Positions 1 to 11,101 are shown, numbered from the stretch's first letter. The stretch: DNA of 64,000 bases from an uncultured Planctomycetota bacterium (GCA_963845755.1 CAWJTV010000034.1:736517-800516); one strand, 5' to 3'. Notes: generated from the sequence alone by a model not told the origin. Translations and numbers: made by a program.

Positions 1-123
1 TTCGAATCGATTCTTTTACAGTCCCTCAGGTGTTAACTTCCCCGGTATCTGGCGCAGTCTCTTCGACGATAAATGACACGGTCCGAGAATCTACGACCGA
101 CAAAGGACACACAAACCGATTCC

Positions 124-151
124 ACACAACATAACTTCGATAATCGGACGT
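124..151 (-). other. dif-like (Xer-type) site candidate
   Basis: Minus strand ACGTCCGATTA-TCGAAG-TTATGTTGTGT, 11-6-11 layout; right arm resembles the XerD arm TTATGTTAAAT. Confidence 0.4.
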
Positions 152-505
152 TCCACGCGGCCACTTCCCGCCCCGTGAAACATCAGCACCGCTTGCATGC
201 GTGCGCGGCCGCCTTCGCCCTCCGCCGGTCGGAGCACCCACGGCGGATGCGGCCCCCGGAAAATAATTCGGCGCGGCCTGCGGATTTTTCCGCCGCGCCA
301 GCGATCTACTTGGTGAGCGGGGGACACGACGGCAGTCGCCGACGTCCGGCGGGCCGATGTCCCCGCGAAGGAAGCGTTCCATCCTGAAAGGCGGTTTCGC
401 CCCGGTTCGGGGCGAAAACCTCATCGGCGGATGGGCTACCGGAATAGAATCGCTTGCGTTCTCGACTTGACCGGAACCCCGGAGTCACGACGCGAGGGAG
501 ACGCC

Positions 506-805
506 ATGGACACCGACCACTGTCCGAAGTGTGACGCAACGACGGTCGTAGCCGGGCACATGAATCTCGTGTCTGGCGGTGGCATCTTTACACCAAAGGG
601 CATGCGATTCTTCGATCTTCGCGGGGGGTTATCGTGGAATATGCCCCCCTGTGGGGACTTCCGAGCGTGCCTTACGTGTGGCCTCGTTTGGAGCAACCTG
701 AAGCCGGAAAAACTCCGCGAGTACATCGACAACCACGGCACCGCCGAGACCAAGCTCAAGCTGTCGCCCTTCCGGAAAGCCCCTCCGGAACAAGACCTGG
801 TCTGA
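506..805 (+). CDS. Small zinc-ribbon-like hypothetical protein (passenger gene)
   Basis: GGGAG RBS before ATG 506; CPKC and CLTC motifs; 99 aa. Confidence 0.75.
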   Translation: MDTDHCPKCDATTVVAGHMNLVSGGGIFTPKGMRFFDLRGGLSWNMPPCGDFRACLTCGLVWSNLKPEKLREYIDNHGTAETKLKLSPFRKAPPEQDLV

Positions 806-1008
806 TCAGATGGTTCGTCCCTGGCGACGTCCGCGACCCGGTCGGACGGTACCTACGTCCGGACCCACGTCGAGGGGTCATCACCATGACCCCCCATTCT
901 TGGTGACGTCTCCGACTGGCCCGGTGTGCTTCCCATCCATGATACTGCCATACATGGTGCCAAATAGCTGCGAAGAAACCGCGCCATTTACCGGGGAACT
1001 TAACACCC

Positions 1009-2027
1009 TCAGGGCACCGGAATGTGGTCGAGGATCCGCTGGAGGAGATCGTCCGGCGTGAGGCCCTCGGCGTCGGCCTCGTAGCTGACGAGGATGCGGT
1101 GGCGCATGATGTCGCGGGCGAGACTCTTGACGTCGTGGGGCGTTACGAAGTCACGGCCGGCCAGGAGGGCGTGGCCGCGCGAGGCGCGGACCAGCGCGAT
1201 GGTCGCGCGCGGGCTGGCGCCCAGCTCCAGCAACGGCGCCAGGGGCAAGCCGTAGGCGGCGGGTTCGCGGGTCGCGCAGGACCAGGTCGAACGATGTATT
1301 CCTTGATCGCCGGCGCGATCCGGATCGAGGCGGCCAGGCTGCGGAACGCCGTCACGTCCTGGGGACCATAGAGGGGCGGTTCCTCCAGGCCCATCGAGTC
1401 GGGATCGCCGTGGAGACTCTCGGAGACGCTCGGGAGCTCGAGCATCGCCAACTCCGCATCGCGGGCCGGATAGCCGACGACCAGTTTCATCAGGAACCGA
1501 TCGAGCTGCGCCTCGGGGAGCGGGTAAGTCCCTTCGTGCTCGATCGGGTTCTGGGTCGCCAGCACCCAGAAGGTCGAGGGCAAAGTGATCGTCTCGTCGC
1601 CGACGGTGATCTGGCCTTCCTGCATGGCTTCCAGCAGGGCACTCTGCACCTTGGCCGGCGCACGGTTGATCTCATCGGCCAAAAGGACGCTCGTGACGAT
1701 CGGGCCGGGGCGGACGTCGAACGTCCCGGTCGCCGGACGGTAGATCTGGGTCCCTGTGAGGTCCGCGGGGAGGAGATCGGGCGTGAACTGGATCCGGCGG
1801 AACGCGAGGTCGAGCGCCCGGGCCAGGGCCCGCACGGCGCGGGTCTTGGCGAGGCCGGGCACGCCCTCGATCAGGACGTGACCACCGGCAAGCAAGGCGA
1901 TGACCAGCCGTTCGAGTAGCGTGCGCTGCCCGACGACCAAGCCTTCAATCCGATCGATGAGGCGGAGCAACCCCTCCTGCGCCGCGTCGATCGCGGCGGG
2001 AGGACGGGCAGGATCGTCGATGGACAT
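1009..2027 (-). CDS. moxR: MoxR-family AAA+ ATPase (frameshift ~1290)
   Basis: GHVLIEGVPGLAKT, RIQFTPDLLPAD, LADEINRAPAKVQSALLEAM, ATQNPIE; C-terminal GASPRA...RHRI in second frame (1009-1248). Confidence 0.92.
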
Positions 2028-2205
2028 CAAACCTGAAGATCCCCCTCGTCCTCACGTCGCGATCGATCCGCCACGAGATCTTCCGGTCCCTCTCCAGGAG
2101 TGCAAGGTCGCATTCCTGCGGGCCGCCGCAGGGTTGTCAAAATCGATCGGGTTCAGGTCGAAACTCATCGAGCCAGGCTGGAATCGAATGAAGAGTGTGG
2201 GGCCT

Positions 2206-3056
2206 TTACCCGTTCTTTTCCGCACGACGGCGTTCCATCAACCGTCTCAGGATATCTCCCGCGGCGTCGCTGGTGTCCTTGAAGGACGGCTTTGCGGGAC
2301 CGGCCTTGGCCTGTTGCTGCTGAGCCTTCTTGGCCGCATAGAAGGGGTTGGACTCGTCGATGAATTCCTCGGGAGCCTGCTCGCCGTCTTCGTCTTCGTC
2401 TTCGTCTCCGTCTGCGTCTTCCTCCTCCTCGCTGTCGTCCGCGTTGAGGAGATCGTCGGCGGTTTCCACCTCGTCGTCGTCGGTTTCCTCCTCTTGCACG
2501 GCCTGACGCTCGTACTCGTCATCGCTGGCGGATGGAGGGGGGGTGGCGCCTTCGGGGTCGAGCTACCGCCATCCTTGAAGGCCGTGATCGTGATCGTATC
2601 GCCTCCGTACACGGCCGTCGGCTGATCGGCCGAAACCCCGGCGCCTTCGCCGAACAACCACGAATCGATCTCGTCGCCCGAGACGTCGTCGGGTGAAGCC
2701 TTGGCCTGCGCCGCGGGTGCCGCGGGCTTCGCGGCCGCGACCTTGGCCGCGGGTGCCGGGATATCCGAGATCCCGACCGCGAACGTCAAGGGCCCCACCT
2801 GCACCAGGTCCTGATCCTTGAGGCGACACTCATCGGTCAGGGCCTTTCCATTGACCAGGGTGCCGTTGCGGCTCCCCAGGTCGCGAACCAGCACGGTATC
2901 CGCGCTGATGGTGAACTCCGCATGCTCGCGACTGACCTGCTCGCTATTCGGCCGGAGGTGACAGGTCTCGCCCCGGCCGATCTTGAAGCTCGGTCCGACC
3001 AGGGGAATCACTTTCCCCTCAGGTTTGCCTCGAACGACCACCAGTTGTACTTTCAT
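2206..3056 (-). CDS. FHA-domain protein with acidic C-terminal region (frameshift ~2540)
   Basis: IGR, VSREHA, DLGSRNGTLVNG FHA motifs; acidic tail in ORF 2206-2499. Confidence 0.88.
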
Positions 3057-3520
3057 GAAAAACCGTCCCGACCCCCGGGGTCTTCAACGACTAAGATCCG
3101 CATCCACACGAACCAGGTCTCGAACCTCCCACCCGGTTATCCGGATTCGATTCCACCGACCGCATCATCTCGGCCGGACAACCCGTTTGCATTCCAAGGT
3201 CCGCCGTCATCCTCACAATCGCCCGGCTCACCGTGGAAGCCGGATATCATGAAGACATCAGGGACCCCTGGCGCAGAATGACACCTCCTCCCGTTCCTCG
3301 ATTGTGTCATGGCGGACTGCAGCGAACCGAGCTGACGTGGGACGATCAGAGCCGAGCGAGCAAGGCCTGCTCTCTCCAACGAACACCTTCATTGTAGCCT
3401 ATTGTTTCGGAGATCCAAGATCCTAACTCAAGCTCCAGTCGATTCGATAGTCATCTCAGGTCGACATCGGACTTTTTTTCGACCCAAGGTTCGCCCCGGC
3501 ACTACGGATTCCGGGACCGG

Positions 3521-4277
3521 CTAGCGCGCCCCGGTCCAACTCGCCGTGCGATATATGGCCCACTCCAGTTCAGACGCCCGCGTCCGAATCTCGGTCGAGA
3601 CGGCGACTGTCTCCGATCCCAGACCCAGTGCAATGGGTATCGACTCCCTCAATCGCCCGGCCCACTCGTCGCACGATCGAGGCACCTCCGCCAGATCGTG
3701 GCAACCGCGGAGCTCCGTCGCCGGCGGCGAACCGGCCAGAAGGATCGAACCCTGTTGCAGGATCGCCCCACGTCGGCGGCGCTGTGCGCCTACCAACCAG
3801 TTTAAACCCCTGATAGACGAGATCCTCTGGATCAAGATCGGCGAAACAGAGAAGGGGTCGCACGCCGCCCTCCGTCGGCTCCGGGTCCACCTCGGCCCGC
3901 CGATCGACGAGTACACCCAACTCGCCCAGCACCCTCGCGATCGCTCCATGGACAGCCCGATACACCGCTGTATGGGGACGTGTCGATGGATGGGTGGCCG
4001 GTAGGATGAGGGCATAGGTCAGTTCGTGATGATGCCAGATCGCCCCACCCCCTGTCAATCGCCTGACGATCGGGACCGATCGCCAGCGCGGATCGCTCCG
4101 GACCAAGGCCAGTTGCTGGAAGTAGCCGAGACTGAGCGTGGGAACCGTCCAGGTGTAAGTGCGCAGATAGGCCGCTCCGCCATGCGCCGCGACCGCATCA
4201 AGCAGCGCCTCGTCCAGTGCCATGTTCGCCGGGCCATCGGCGGCCTCGTGGGGAAAGACTCGACAAAGAGGACTCAT
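3521..4277 (-). CDS. Lipoate-protein ligase A / octanoyltransferase family (frameshift ~3790)
   Basis: NMALDEALL, TLSLGYFQ, VRRLTGGGAIWH, then KLVG/GAQRRRRGAILQQGS across the frameshift. Confidence 0.88.
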
Positions 4278-4493
4278 GGAGATTTCCGTGGCCGGTCAGC
4301 CGATGCGCCATCCGGATCCGTCGGCGGCCGTCTCGCCGATCGGGCGCCGGGCGATCGCCACCTGACATGTCCCGAGCCGAGCGCGGCAAGGGAGGCTCGC
4401 AACTTCCGGAGACAACCGCGATAATCCGTCATTTCAATGGACACGCCAGGGCTGGACAAGACCCCGATCCTTCGAATTCCCGTGGAGCACGTG

Positions 4494-5821
4494 ATGACGA
4501 CGTCCGAGAATTTGTTCGCGGACAGCGCGCCGAAGAAGGGCCCGCGGTCCAGGAGGAGCCCGAGAGCCGGCCCGGTGGCATTCCTCTTTATGTCTGGGTC
4601 ATCGCCGCAGTCCTGGTCGCGATCCCGGTGGGAATGGTCTGGGGCGAAGGCGCAAACCGCCTGAAACTGCTCTCCGACCTGATCCTCCGAGCCCTGACGG
4701 CCCTGGCGGCTCCGCTGGTCGTGCTCGCCATCTTGAGCGCGATCGTCACCAATGAGATCAAGGGGCGGCTGGGAGCCCTCATGATGGGTTTTTACCTCAT
4801 CAATACGCTCATCGCCATGATCATCGGCTTGAGTTTGACGAACCTGATCCGACCGGGAATCGGCGCTTCGCTGAGCGGTCCGGGTCCCGCGGGCCCACCT
4901 CCGGTGCAGAAATCGATCCCCGACCTGATCCTGGACCTCATCCCGCGCAGCATCGGCGAGCCGTTCACGCAGAATCACCTCGCCCAGCTCGTCTTGCTGA
5001 CGCTGGCACTGGGGATCGGACTTGTAAAGATTCGTGAAGGCCAAAAGGCGCGAGGCGAGAGGTCGTTCCAGGTGGTCGTCGACCTCCTCACGATCGGATT
5101 CGAGCTGTTAATGAAGGTCTTGCTCTGGGTGGTCGCTCTGGTGCCGCTGGCGGTCTTCGGCGTCGTGGCCTCGAGCGTCGGTCATCAGGAAGGAATGAAG
5201 GTATTCGCCGCGCTGATCCGTCTGATCGCGGTAGTCGCGATGGGTCTGACGATCCAGGTGTCCTGGTACTTGCTCCAGATGGCGGTGTTTGCGCGGATGT
5301 CGCCCGTACGGTTCCTCCGCGGCGCACTGGACGTCATGGCCAACACATTCAGCACAGCCAGCACGGCCGCGACGATCCCGATTACCCTCCGATCGCTCGA
5401 GCGGCTCGGGATCTCGCGGCGGTCGAGCCAGTTGACCGCCTGCATCGGTACGAACTTCAACAACGACGGGACCGCCCTTTACCAGGCGACGGCCGTGCTC
5501 TTCATCGCCCAGGCGCTCGGGTTCGATCTGAGCCTGATGGACCAGATCTTGATCGTGCTGACGACCTTGATCGCCAGTGTCGGGGCCGGCGGCATCCCCT
5601 CCGGCAGCTTCGTCACGATGCCGCTGATCTTCGCGGCGGTCCGGATGCCCGTCGACAAGATCCCAATCCTGCTGACGGTCGATTGGCTGCTCGACCGGCT
5701 CCGGACCACGTCGAACGTGCTGGGAGACATGACCGTAGCCGTCCTGCTCGACCGGGTCGCGCCGCCGGAACGCGACACTCCTGGAGTTGTCGCGGAGGTT
5801 GCGAGCGAGGACAATCAATAG
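4494..5821 (+). CDS. Dicarboxylate/amino acid:cation symporter (DAACS); start approximate, probable 5' frameshift
   Basis: Multiple TM segments; FSTASTAATIP, NFNNDGTALY, DWLLDRLRTTSNVLGD. Confidence 0.9.
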
Positions 5822-5980
5822 ATGAGGCGAAAAGAAAGGATCTCGGAGCCGTTCTCGTGTGACGCAAAGATGACGAATCCGGGCGTTTCCGCTAGACTGG
5901 CAGGAGTACCGGCGGTGGCGCTGAATTGCGGATGGCTGGGCCATGGGGTGAGTGGAATCCGGACAGAAGGGCGAGTGACG

Positions 5981-6205
5981 ATGGTAACCATCACGTTTCC
6001 CGATCGCGCGACCGAAAAGCGGGCGCTCGCTTTCCTTCTCGGGCGATTCTCCGGGCGGATCCTCAGATCCGGCGAGCATCTGGTGCCCGAAGCGGCCCTG
6101 GAAGCGCTCGCCGACCAGGATATCCCATTCGCCGTGCGAGGAAAGGCGACGTATGAGCAGCAGTTGGCGGCGTTTCGAGGTGCTGCTGCCCCTCCGATTC
6201 AATGA
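5981..6205 (+). CDS. Small hypothetical protein, first of overlapping pair
   Basis: 74-aa ORF MVTITFPD...; overlaps next ORF by 53 nt. Confidence 0.7.
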   Translation: MVTITFPDRATEKRALAFLLGRFSGRILRSGEHLVPEAALEALADQDIPFAVRGKATYEQQLAAFRGAAAPPIQ

Positions 6206-6473
6206 TGGGCGTGATGTACCTCCTGATTGGCTCGCCGAGGCCGTCCTTGGGGTCGTCAACCACTTCGGCGCCGCCAGCTATGAAACGCAGAAGCTCGAAG
6301 GCCATTGGCGACATGCGGGCGTTCTCTATCGAGATGATCTCGTGCGAATCGTCATCGACGCACCCGACCTGACTAAGAATCGGCAGTGGATGAAGCGGTT
6401 CAAAAAACGGTGGAAGGACCGGCTTGACCAGCTCGAACTCTGGGTGGTGAGCTATAGGATCGACTTCGAGTGA
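6153..6473 (+). CDS. Small hypothetical protein, second of overlapping pair
   Basis: 106 aa, RRFEVLLPLRFNDG...LDQLELWVVSY; alternating alpha/beta pattern. Confidence 0.75.
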   Translation: MSSSWRRFEVLLPLRFNDGRDVPPDWLAEAVLGVVNHFGAASYETQKLEGHWRHAGVLYRDDLVRIVIDAPDLTKNRQWMKRFKKRWKDRLDQLELWVVSYRIDFE

Positions 6474-6533
6474 GATCTGGCTGATTTTCTGGCACTGCTG
6501 GTCGCCGCGCACCTCTCCGACCGGCGCTGAGGT

Positions 6534-7508
6534 TCAGATCTGATAGTTGATCCGCCTGGCATAATCGGCATCCGAGAGGCCGTCATTGCTCTCGCGATAC
6601 CGGAGCCGGGGATCTTCGATGGTCACGGTCGTATAGGGTGCGATACTGCGAGTGATCCATGCCGAGGAGCCGATCACGGAGTGGTGGCCGATGACGGTCT
6701 TCCCGCCCAGGATCGTCGCGTTGGCATAGATGACCACTTCATCCTCGATGGTCGGATGTCGCTTGGCATCGCGTAGGATCTGGCCGGTCTCGTCGCGGGG
6801 GAAGCTGAGGGCGCCCAGCGTCACGCCCTGATAGAGCTTCACGCCGTCGCCGATCTCGGTCGTCTGACCGACGACGACGCCCGTGCCATGGTCGATGAAG
6901 AACCGCCGGCCAATCGTGGCACCCGGATGGATGTCGATGCCGGTCTTTCCCTTGGCGTACTCGGTCATCATCCTCGGGATCAGCGGCACGCCCAGGCGGA
7001 GTAGCTCGTGGGCCATCCGGTAGACCGTGACCGCAGCGACGCCCGGGTAACAGAAGACGATCTCCACCAGGCTCTTGGCGGCGGGGTCGCCGTCATAGGC
7101 GGCCTGTACATCCTCCGCGAGCGTGTGCCGCAGCTCGGGGATCGTGTCGAGGAAACGGACCACGATCTCGTGCGCCCGGGACTCATAGTCGGTTTCGAGA
7201 TCGGGCGCGTTGCACTCGTGCCGGAACGCGCGGGCGATCTGCTGGCTCAGACGAGCGTGCAGGCTATCGATGAGATCGCCCACATGGTAGGCGACGTTCC
7301 CCAGATGCAGGTTCTGCCGGCGGCCGTAGCCGGGATACAGGATCTCCCTCAAGTCCGCCAGGATGTCGACGACTTCGCGATAGCTAGGCAAGGGGGAGTG
7401 GCCGAGGTGATGAATCGCGCCGCACTCTTCGTAAGTCTCGACGATCCGCCGCGTGATCTCCGGGAGCGTTTGTTTCAATTCATGCTGTTCAGGAAGCAGC
7501 GCATCCAT
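6534..7508 (-). CDS. cysE: Serine O-acetyltransferase
   Basis: [34 protein letters not shown]. Confidence 0.95.
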   Translation of the reverse strand: MDALLPEQHELKQTLPEITRRIVETYEECGAIHHLGHSPLPSYREVVDILADLREILYPGYGRRQNLHLGNVAYHVGDLIDSLHARLSQQIARAFRHECNAPDLETDYESRAHEIVVRFLDTIPELRHTLAEDVQAAYDGDPAAKSLVEIVFCYPGVAAVTVYRMAHELLRLGVPLIPRMMTEYAKGKTGIDIHPGATIGRRFFIDHGTGVVVGQTTEIGDGVKLYQGVTLGALSFPRDETGQILRDAKRHPTIEDEVVIYANATILGGKTVIGHHSVIGSSAWITRSIAPYTTVTIEDPRLRYRESNDGLSDADYARRINYQI

Positions 7509-7510
7509 AG

Positions 7511-7809
7511 AGTCGTCCTCCGTAGGATCCCGGCGCCGTGCGCGCCTCTGGGGATTCCGAATTCCGGATTCGCGATTCCGGATTCCCGGATCATTCCCCT
7601 TCGGGAATCCGGAATCGCGAATCGGGAATCCCGATTGGGTTGCGGCCGAAGGCCGCGTTAGAGTCGTCCTCCGTAGGATCCCGACGCCGTGCGCGCCTCT
7701 GGGGATTCCGAATTCCGGATTCGCGATTCCGGATTCCCGGATCCTTCCCCTTCGGGAATCCGGAATCGCGAATCAGGAATCCCGATTGGGTTGCGGCCGA
7801 AGGCCGCGT
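7511..7809 (+). mobile_element. Two head-to-tail 148-bp copies of a miniature element (7511-7658, 7662-7809) bounded by TAG
   Basis: AGTCGTCCTCCGTAGGATCC...GGTTGCGGCCGAAGGCCGCGT twice; TAG at 7508-10, 7659-61, 7810-12; internal inverted 7-bp GGAATCN units. Confidence 0.85.
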
Positions 7810-7858
7810 TAGGAATTCCTCCCTTATTTCTTCATTGGACTATGCAACCGGTCTGGTT

Positions 7859-8635
7859 TCAAGGGGACGACGTGTCCTGGAGCATCCGCCAGCGTTCGAC
7901 GAACCGTCGGTAGTCCTCGGGCGTGTCGATGCCAATGCTGGGCTCGTCAACGAGGCCGACGGCGATCGGGTAGCCGGCATCGAGGACACGGAGCTGCTCG
8001 AGCTTCTCGGAGGATTCCAGCGGGGAAGGGGGGAGGGTGGCGAGCGCCAGGAGGAATTCGCGGCGATAGGCATAGAGTCCCAGGTGGAGAAAAGCGACTG
8101 GTGTCGCGGCCGACGCGGGGTCGGGCAGGCCGTCGCGGTGACAGGGGATCGGGCTGCGGGAGAAGTAGAGGGCGCGTCCGCGTCGGGAGCAGACGACCTT
8201 GACGCACGACGGATCGCGGTAGGTCGACTCGGCTCGGATCGGAGTTGCCAGCGTCGCCATGGGGGCGTCGGGGTCGGCTTCGAGCAAGGCAACCACCTGG
8301 TCGAGCGCAGCACCGGAGACCTCGGGCTCGTCGCCTTGCAGATTGACGATGATGCGCGTCCCTTCGAGGTTCGCGGCCACTTCGGCCACGCGGTCGGTGC
8401 CGGTTGCATGATCGGCGCGGGTCATCGCGACCTCGCCGCCGAAGGCAGTGACCGCCTCGGCGATGCGGCGGTCGTCGGTGGCGACGATGATACGTCCCAG
8501 CGATCGTGCCTGTTGCGCGGCCTCGACGACGTGCTGGATCAACGGCCGCCCGGTGGCGGATAAAAGGGGTTTGCCGGGGAGTCGGGTCGAAGCGAAACGA
8601 GCCGGAATGACACCGACGATTTCCGTGTTTCCCAA
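7859..8635 (-). CDS. kdsB: 3-deoxy-manno-octulosonate cytidylyltransferase
   Basis: IPARFASTRLPGKPL, TGTDR, NLQGDEP, EKLEQLRVL. Confidence 0.95.
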   Translation of the reverse strand: MGNTEIVGVIPARFASTRLPGKPLLSATGRPLIQHVVEAAQQARSLGRIIVATDDRRIAEAVTAFGGEVAMTRADHATGTDRVAEVAANLEGTRIIVNLQGDEPEVSGAALDQVVALLEADPDAPMATLATPIRAESTYRDPSCVKVVCSRRGRALYFSRSPIPCHRDGLPDPASAATPVAFLHLGLYAYRREFLLALATLPPSPLESSEKLEQLRVLDAGYPIAVGLVDEPSIGIDTPEDYRRFVERWRMLQDTSSP

Positions 8636-9281
8636 GAATATCTCCCGTGAAACGGTCCGATACTAGGGGCACTGATCGAGACTCAGCCTCGACCAGCCCG
8701 CGGACACGGCGCCTTTACTCTAGGTCGTCTCAAGATGGGACACAAGACCGAGTCGAGGCCCGCGGTTCCGGCTCGATCGGCCGGCGGCGCCCTGGTGGCG
8801 TTCGCCCGCCTTCGGGAGACCGGTGCGATCGGAGCCGCATCGGTAAGGGCAGGGCCTTCGGGCCTGTCGCCCCATGGATCGGCCGGAATGATTCCGACCG
8901 GTCTGCCACAGGAGGTCCAGTCCGAATCGTCGTCCTCGGGACTCGAGACGCGGACGGTCGTCGTCCGCAGGGAGCCCCGCCCGGATTTCGATTCTCTGCG
9001 CCCGGGCCGTGGGTCCGCAGGCGTGGGGGGAGTTTACGCAAGAATGTGATCAATCTTGGGATGCGACCGTAAGCCATCAGGTGGTCCGTCTCTACCAACC
9101 TTTGCTTGCGCCTCTGAATGGTCCGCCCCGATCGACGATCGTGGCGGGTCTCCGTGTCCGGATCCGGGGCCGAACTGAGTCAGCCGCAACCCCGGGCACG
9201 CCAAGGACGGAGAGCGTTCACAACCGATTCGCGAGGCGGCCTGAGCCAATGGTTTGGCGGCCGTCCAGGGAGACACGATTC

Positions 9282-10820
9282 ATGGGATGGACCGTACACC
9301 AAAGCCGCCGGCGCTGCCGCCTTCGTCATCGGCCTCGCATCGAATCTCTCGATGATCGGTGTCTCCTCTCGGCGGGCCTGGGAACCCACCCCATGGGGGT
9401 TGTCGCGGAAATCCGCCACCAACACGCCGGCCTGGTCCGGTCGGGACACGACGCGGCATCGCATGGAAGGGGGGCCCATCTCGTGGTCCGTTATCATGCC
9501 AACGTCGCGAAGGAGCGCGAGCGGCCGGCCGGTACGCTCATCACCGGTTCGGCCACGGCCTACGACCCAATCATCGGCGCCTCGCAGGTCCGATCCCAGT
9601 ACAATGTCGACGGGACCGGCATGACCGTCGCGGTCATCGACACCGGCGTCGATTACAACAACTCGGCCCTGGGCGGCTCCTTCGGCCCCGGATCCAAGGT
9701 GATCGCTGGCTACGATTTCGCCGACAACTCCGCCAATCCCATGGCCACGAGCTCGCAGCACGGGACCGCCGTCGCGGGTCTTATCGGCTCCGACAATCCC
9801 GGCGATCTGGGCGTCGCGCCGGGGGTGGACATCGTCGCGCTCCGCGTCACGGACAGCACCAACACCGCGAGCCTGACCTCCGTCGCCAACGCCCTGCAAT
9901 GGGTGATCAATAATCACGCGCAGTACAACATCACCGCGGTCAACATGTCGCTATCCGACGGGAACAATTACGCGCAGAACTGGTTCGCCACGGGCGGCGG
10001 CGAGGCGACGGTGGTCACCAACCTGATCGGTCAGCTCACCGCGATGAACATCCCCGTGGTCGCGGCGACGGGGAACAACTTCAACGGTGAACAAGGAGAG
10101 GGTTTCGCGGCAATCGTGGCCAACACGATCAGCGTGACGGCGACGGACCTGTCCGGCCAACTCCTCCAGAACGCACAGCGTCTCGGGTCGTCGATCGGCG
10201 GCGCCTCGTCCACCACGGTCGCCGCGCCGGGCGAGGGGCTCACGGCCCCGTCGGGCGACTCCGGCTCCTCCACGGTTGAAGGAACGAGTTTTGCCACGCC
10301 GCTGGTCACCGGGTCTGTGGTCCTGCTCCAGCAGATCTACGAGTCCCGTTTCGGATCGCTCCCCAGCGTCTCGCAGCTCAAGTCGTGGATCCAGCAGGGT
10401 TCCGACCCGATCAATGATCCGGTCACCGGCATCACGATCGGACAGCTCGATATTCCCAAGGCGGCGGCCCTGATCCCGCAGGCGACGAGGGCGCCCGCTC
10501 CGGCACCGGCCCCCGCCACGCCGGCACCGGTCACCTCGACCTATGGGTTCTCGACCTCGACGGCCAGTAGCCCGGTCTCTCCCTCGACCGTGTCCACCGC
10601 GACGGCCACCACGCCGGCGACGACTGTCACCGCACCACCGGTGGTGACCGTGGCGACGACGCACCCGACGACAGCGAGCAGCCAGGTGCTCGGCAATAAC
10701 AGTGGCAGCACGGTGGGATCGAACAGCACCGTGAATCAGCCCCTGGTCGCCGACTCGGTCCTCGAGACGTTGTTGAAGTCCATGAGCGTCTGGGCCGCCT
10801 CGTCCGCATCGCGGACTTGA
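9282..10820 (+). CDS. Secreted S8 (subtilisin-like) serine peptidase with Ser/Thr/Pro-rich tail
   Basis: Planctomycete-type RPRIESLDDRCLLS motif; catalytic DTG, HGT, GTSFATP. Confidence 0.9.
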   Translation: MGWTVHQSRRRCRLRHRPRIESLDDRCLLSAGLGTHPMGVVAEIRHQHAGLVRSGHDAASHGRGAHLVVRYHANVAKERERPAGTLITGSATAYDPIIGASQVRSQYNVDGTGMTVAVIDTGVDYNNSALGGSFGPGSKVIAGYDFADNSANPMATSSQHGTAVAGLIGSDNPGDLGVAPGVDIVALRVTDSTNTASLTSVANALQWVINNHAQYNITAVNMSLSDGNNYAQNWFATGGGEATVVTNLIGQLTAMNIPVVAATGNNFNGEQGEGFAAIVANTISVTATDLSGQLLQNAQRLGSSIGGASSTTVAAPGEGLTAPSGDSGSSTVEGTSFATPLVTGSVVLLQQIYESRFGSLPSVSQLKSWIQQGSDPINDPVTGITIGQLDIPKAAALIPQATRAPAPAPAPATPAPVTSTYGFSTSTASSPVSPSTVSTATATTPATTVTAPPVVTVATTHPTTASSQVLGNNSGSTVGSNSTVNQPLVADSVLETLLKSMSVWAASSASRT

Positions 10821-11101
10821 TCGCGACTGTCCATCCCGGGAGTCGCTTGTCGGACCAGGCCGCAGGGGGTGACGAGACCGGCCGCGAGGGCGAACCGCCT
10901 TCGCGGCCGGTTCCGTTTCGAATCCCGATCGTGAAGAACTCGACTCGTCCGGATCGCCGGGCCGGGCCCGGTCGTCGGCCGATGCTCGCCTCGGTTGGAC
11001 CGTCGCCGTAGAATACGGGAGTGGTCGCCGGATCCTCTCGGAGCGGCCGACTTGGCCGTCGGGCTCACCGCGATCGACGTTTGCACCAGGAGGAGACAGC
11101 C

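Larger units (their letters stand above)
31..1005. mobile_element. Non-autonomous IS-derived element (MIC/transporter-like) with TG...CA ends, ~50-bp imperfect TIRs and 8-bp TSD
   Basis: Left end TGTTAACTTCCCCGGTATCTGGCGCAGTCTCTTCG; right end reverse-complemented TGTTAAGTTCCCCGGTAAATGGCGCGGTTTCTTCG; CCCTCAGG directly repeated at 23-30 and 1006-1013; no transposase inside. Confidence 0.85.

Noticed and set aside
131..144. loxP-like ATAACTTCG-ATAAT
   Set aside because: Partial single arm, no inverted partner; a dif-like reading fits better.
7511..7812. Miniature element as an integrase-mobilised empty cassette (ends in GTTAG)
   Set aside because: The left junction at cysE is ATAG, not GTT, and the element lacks R''/L-box structure.
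7538..8563. Long + strand ORF and similar antisense ORFs (e.g. 15766-17052, 22447-24045, 48697-49971)
   Set aside because: Shadows of real genes in GC-rich DNA; no motifs.
8636..9281. Structured ncRNA or riboswitch in the kdsB-protease spacer
   Set aside because: No family motif recognised by eye.
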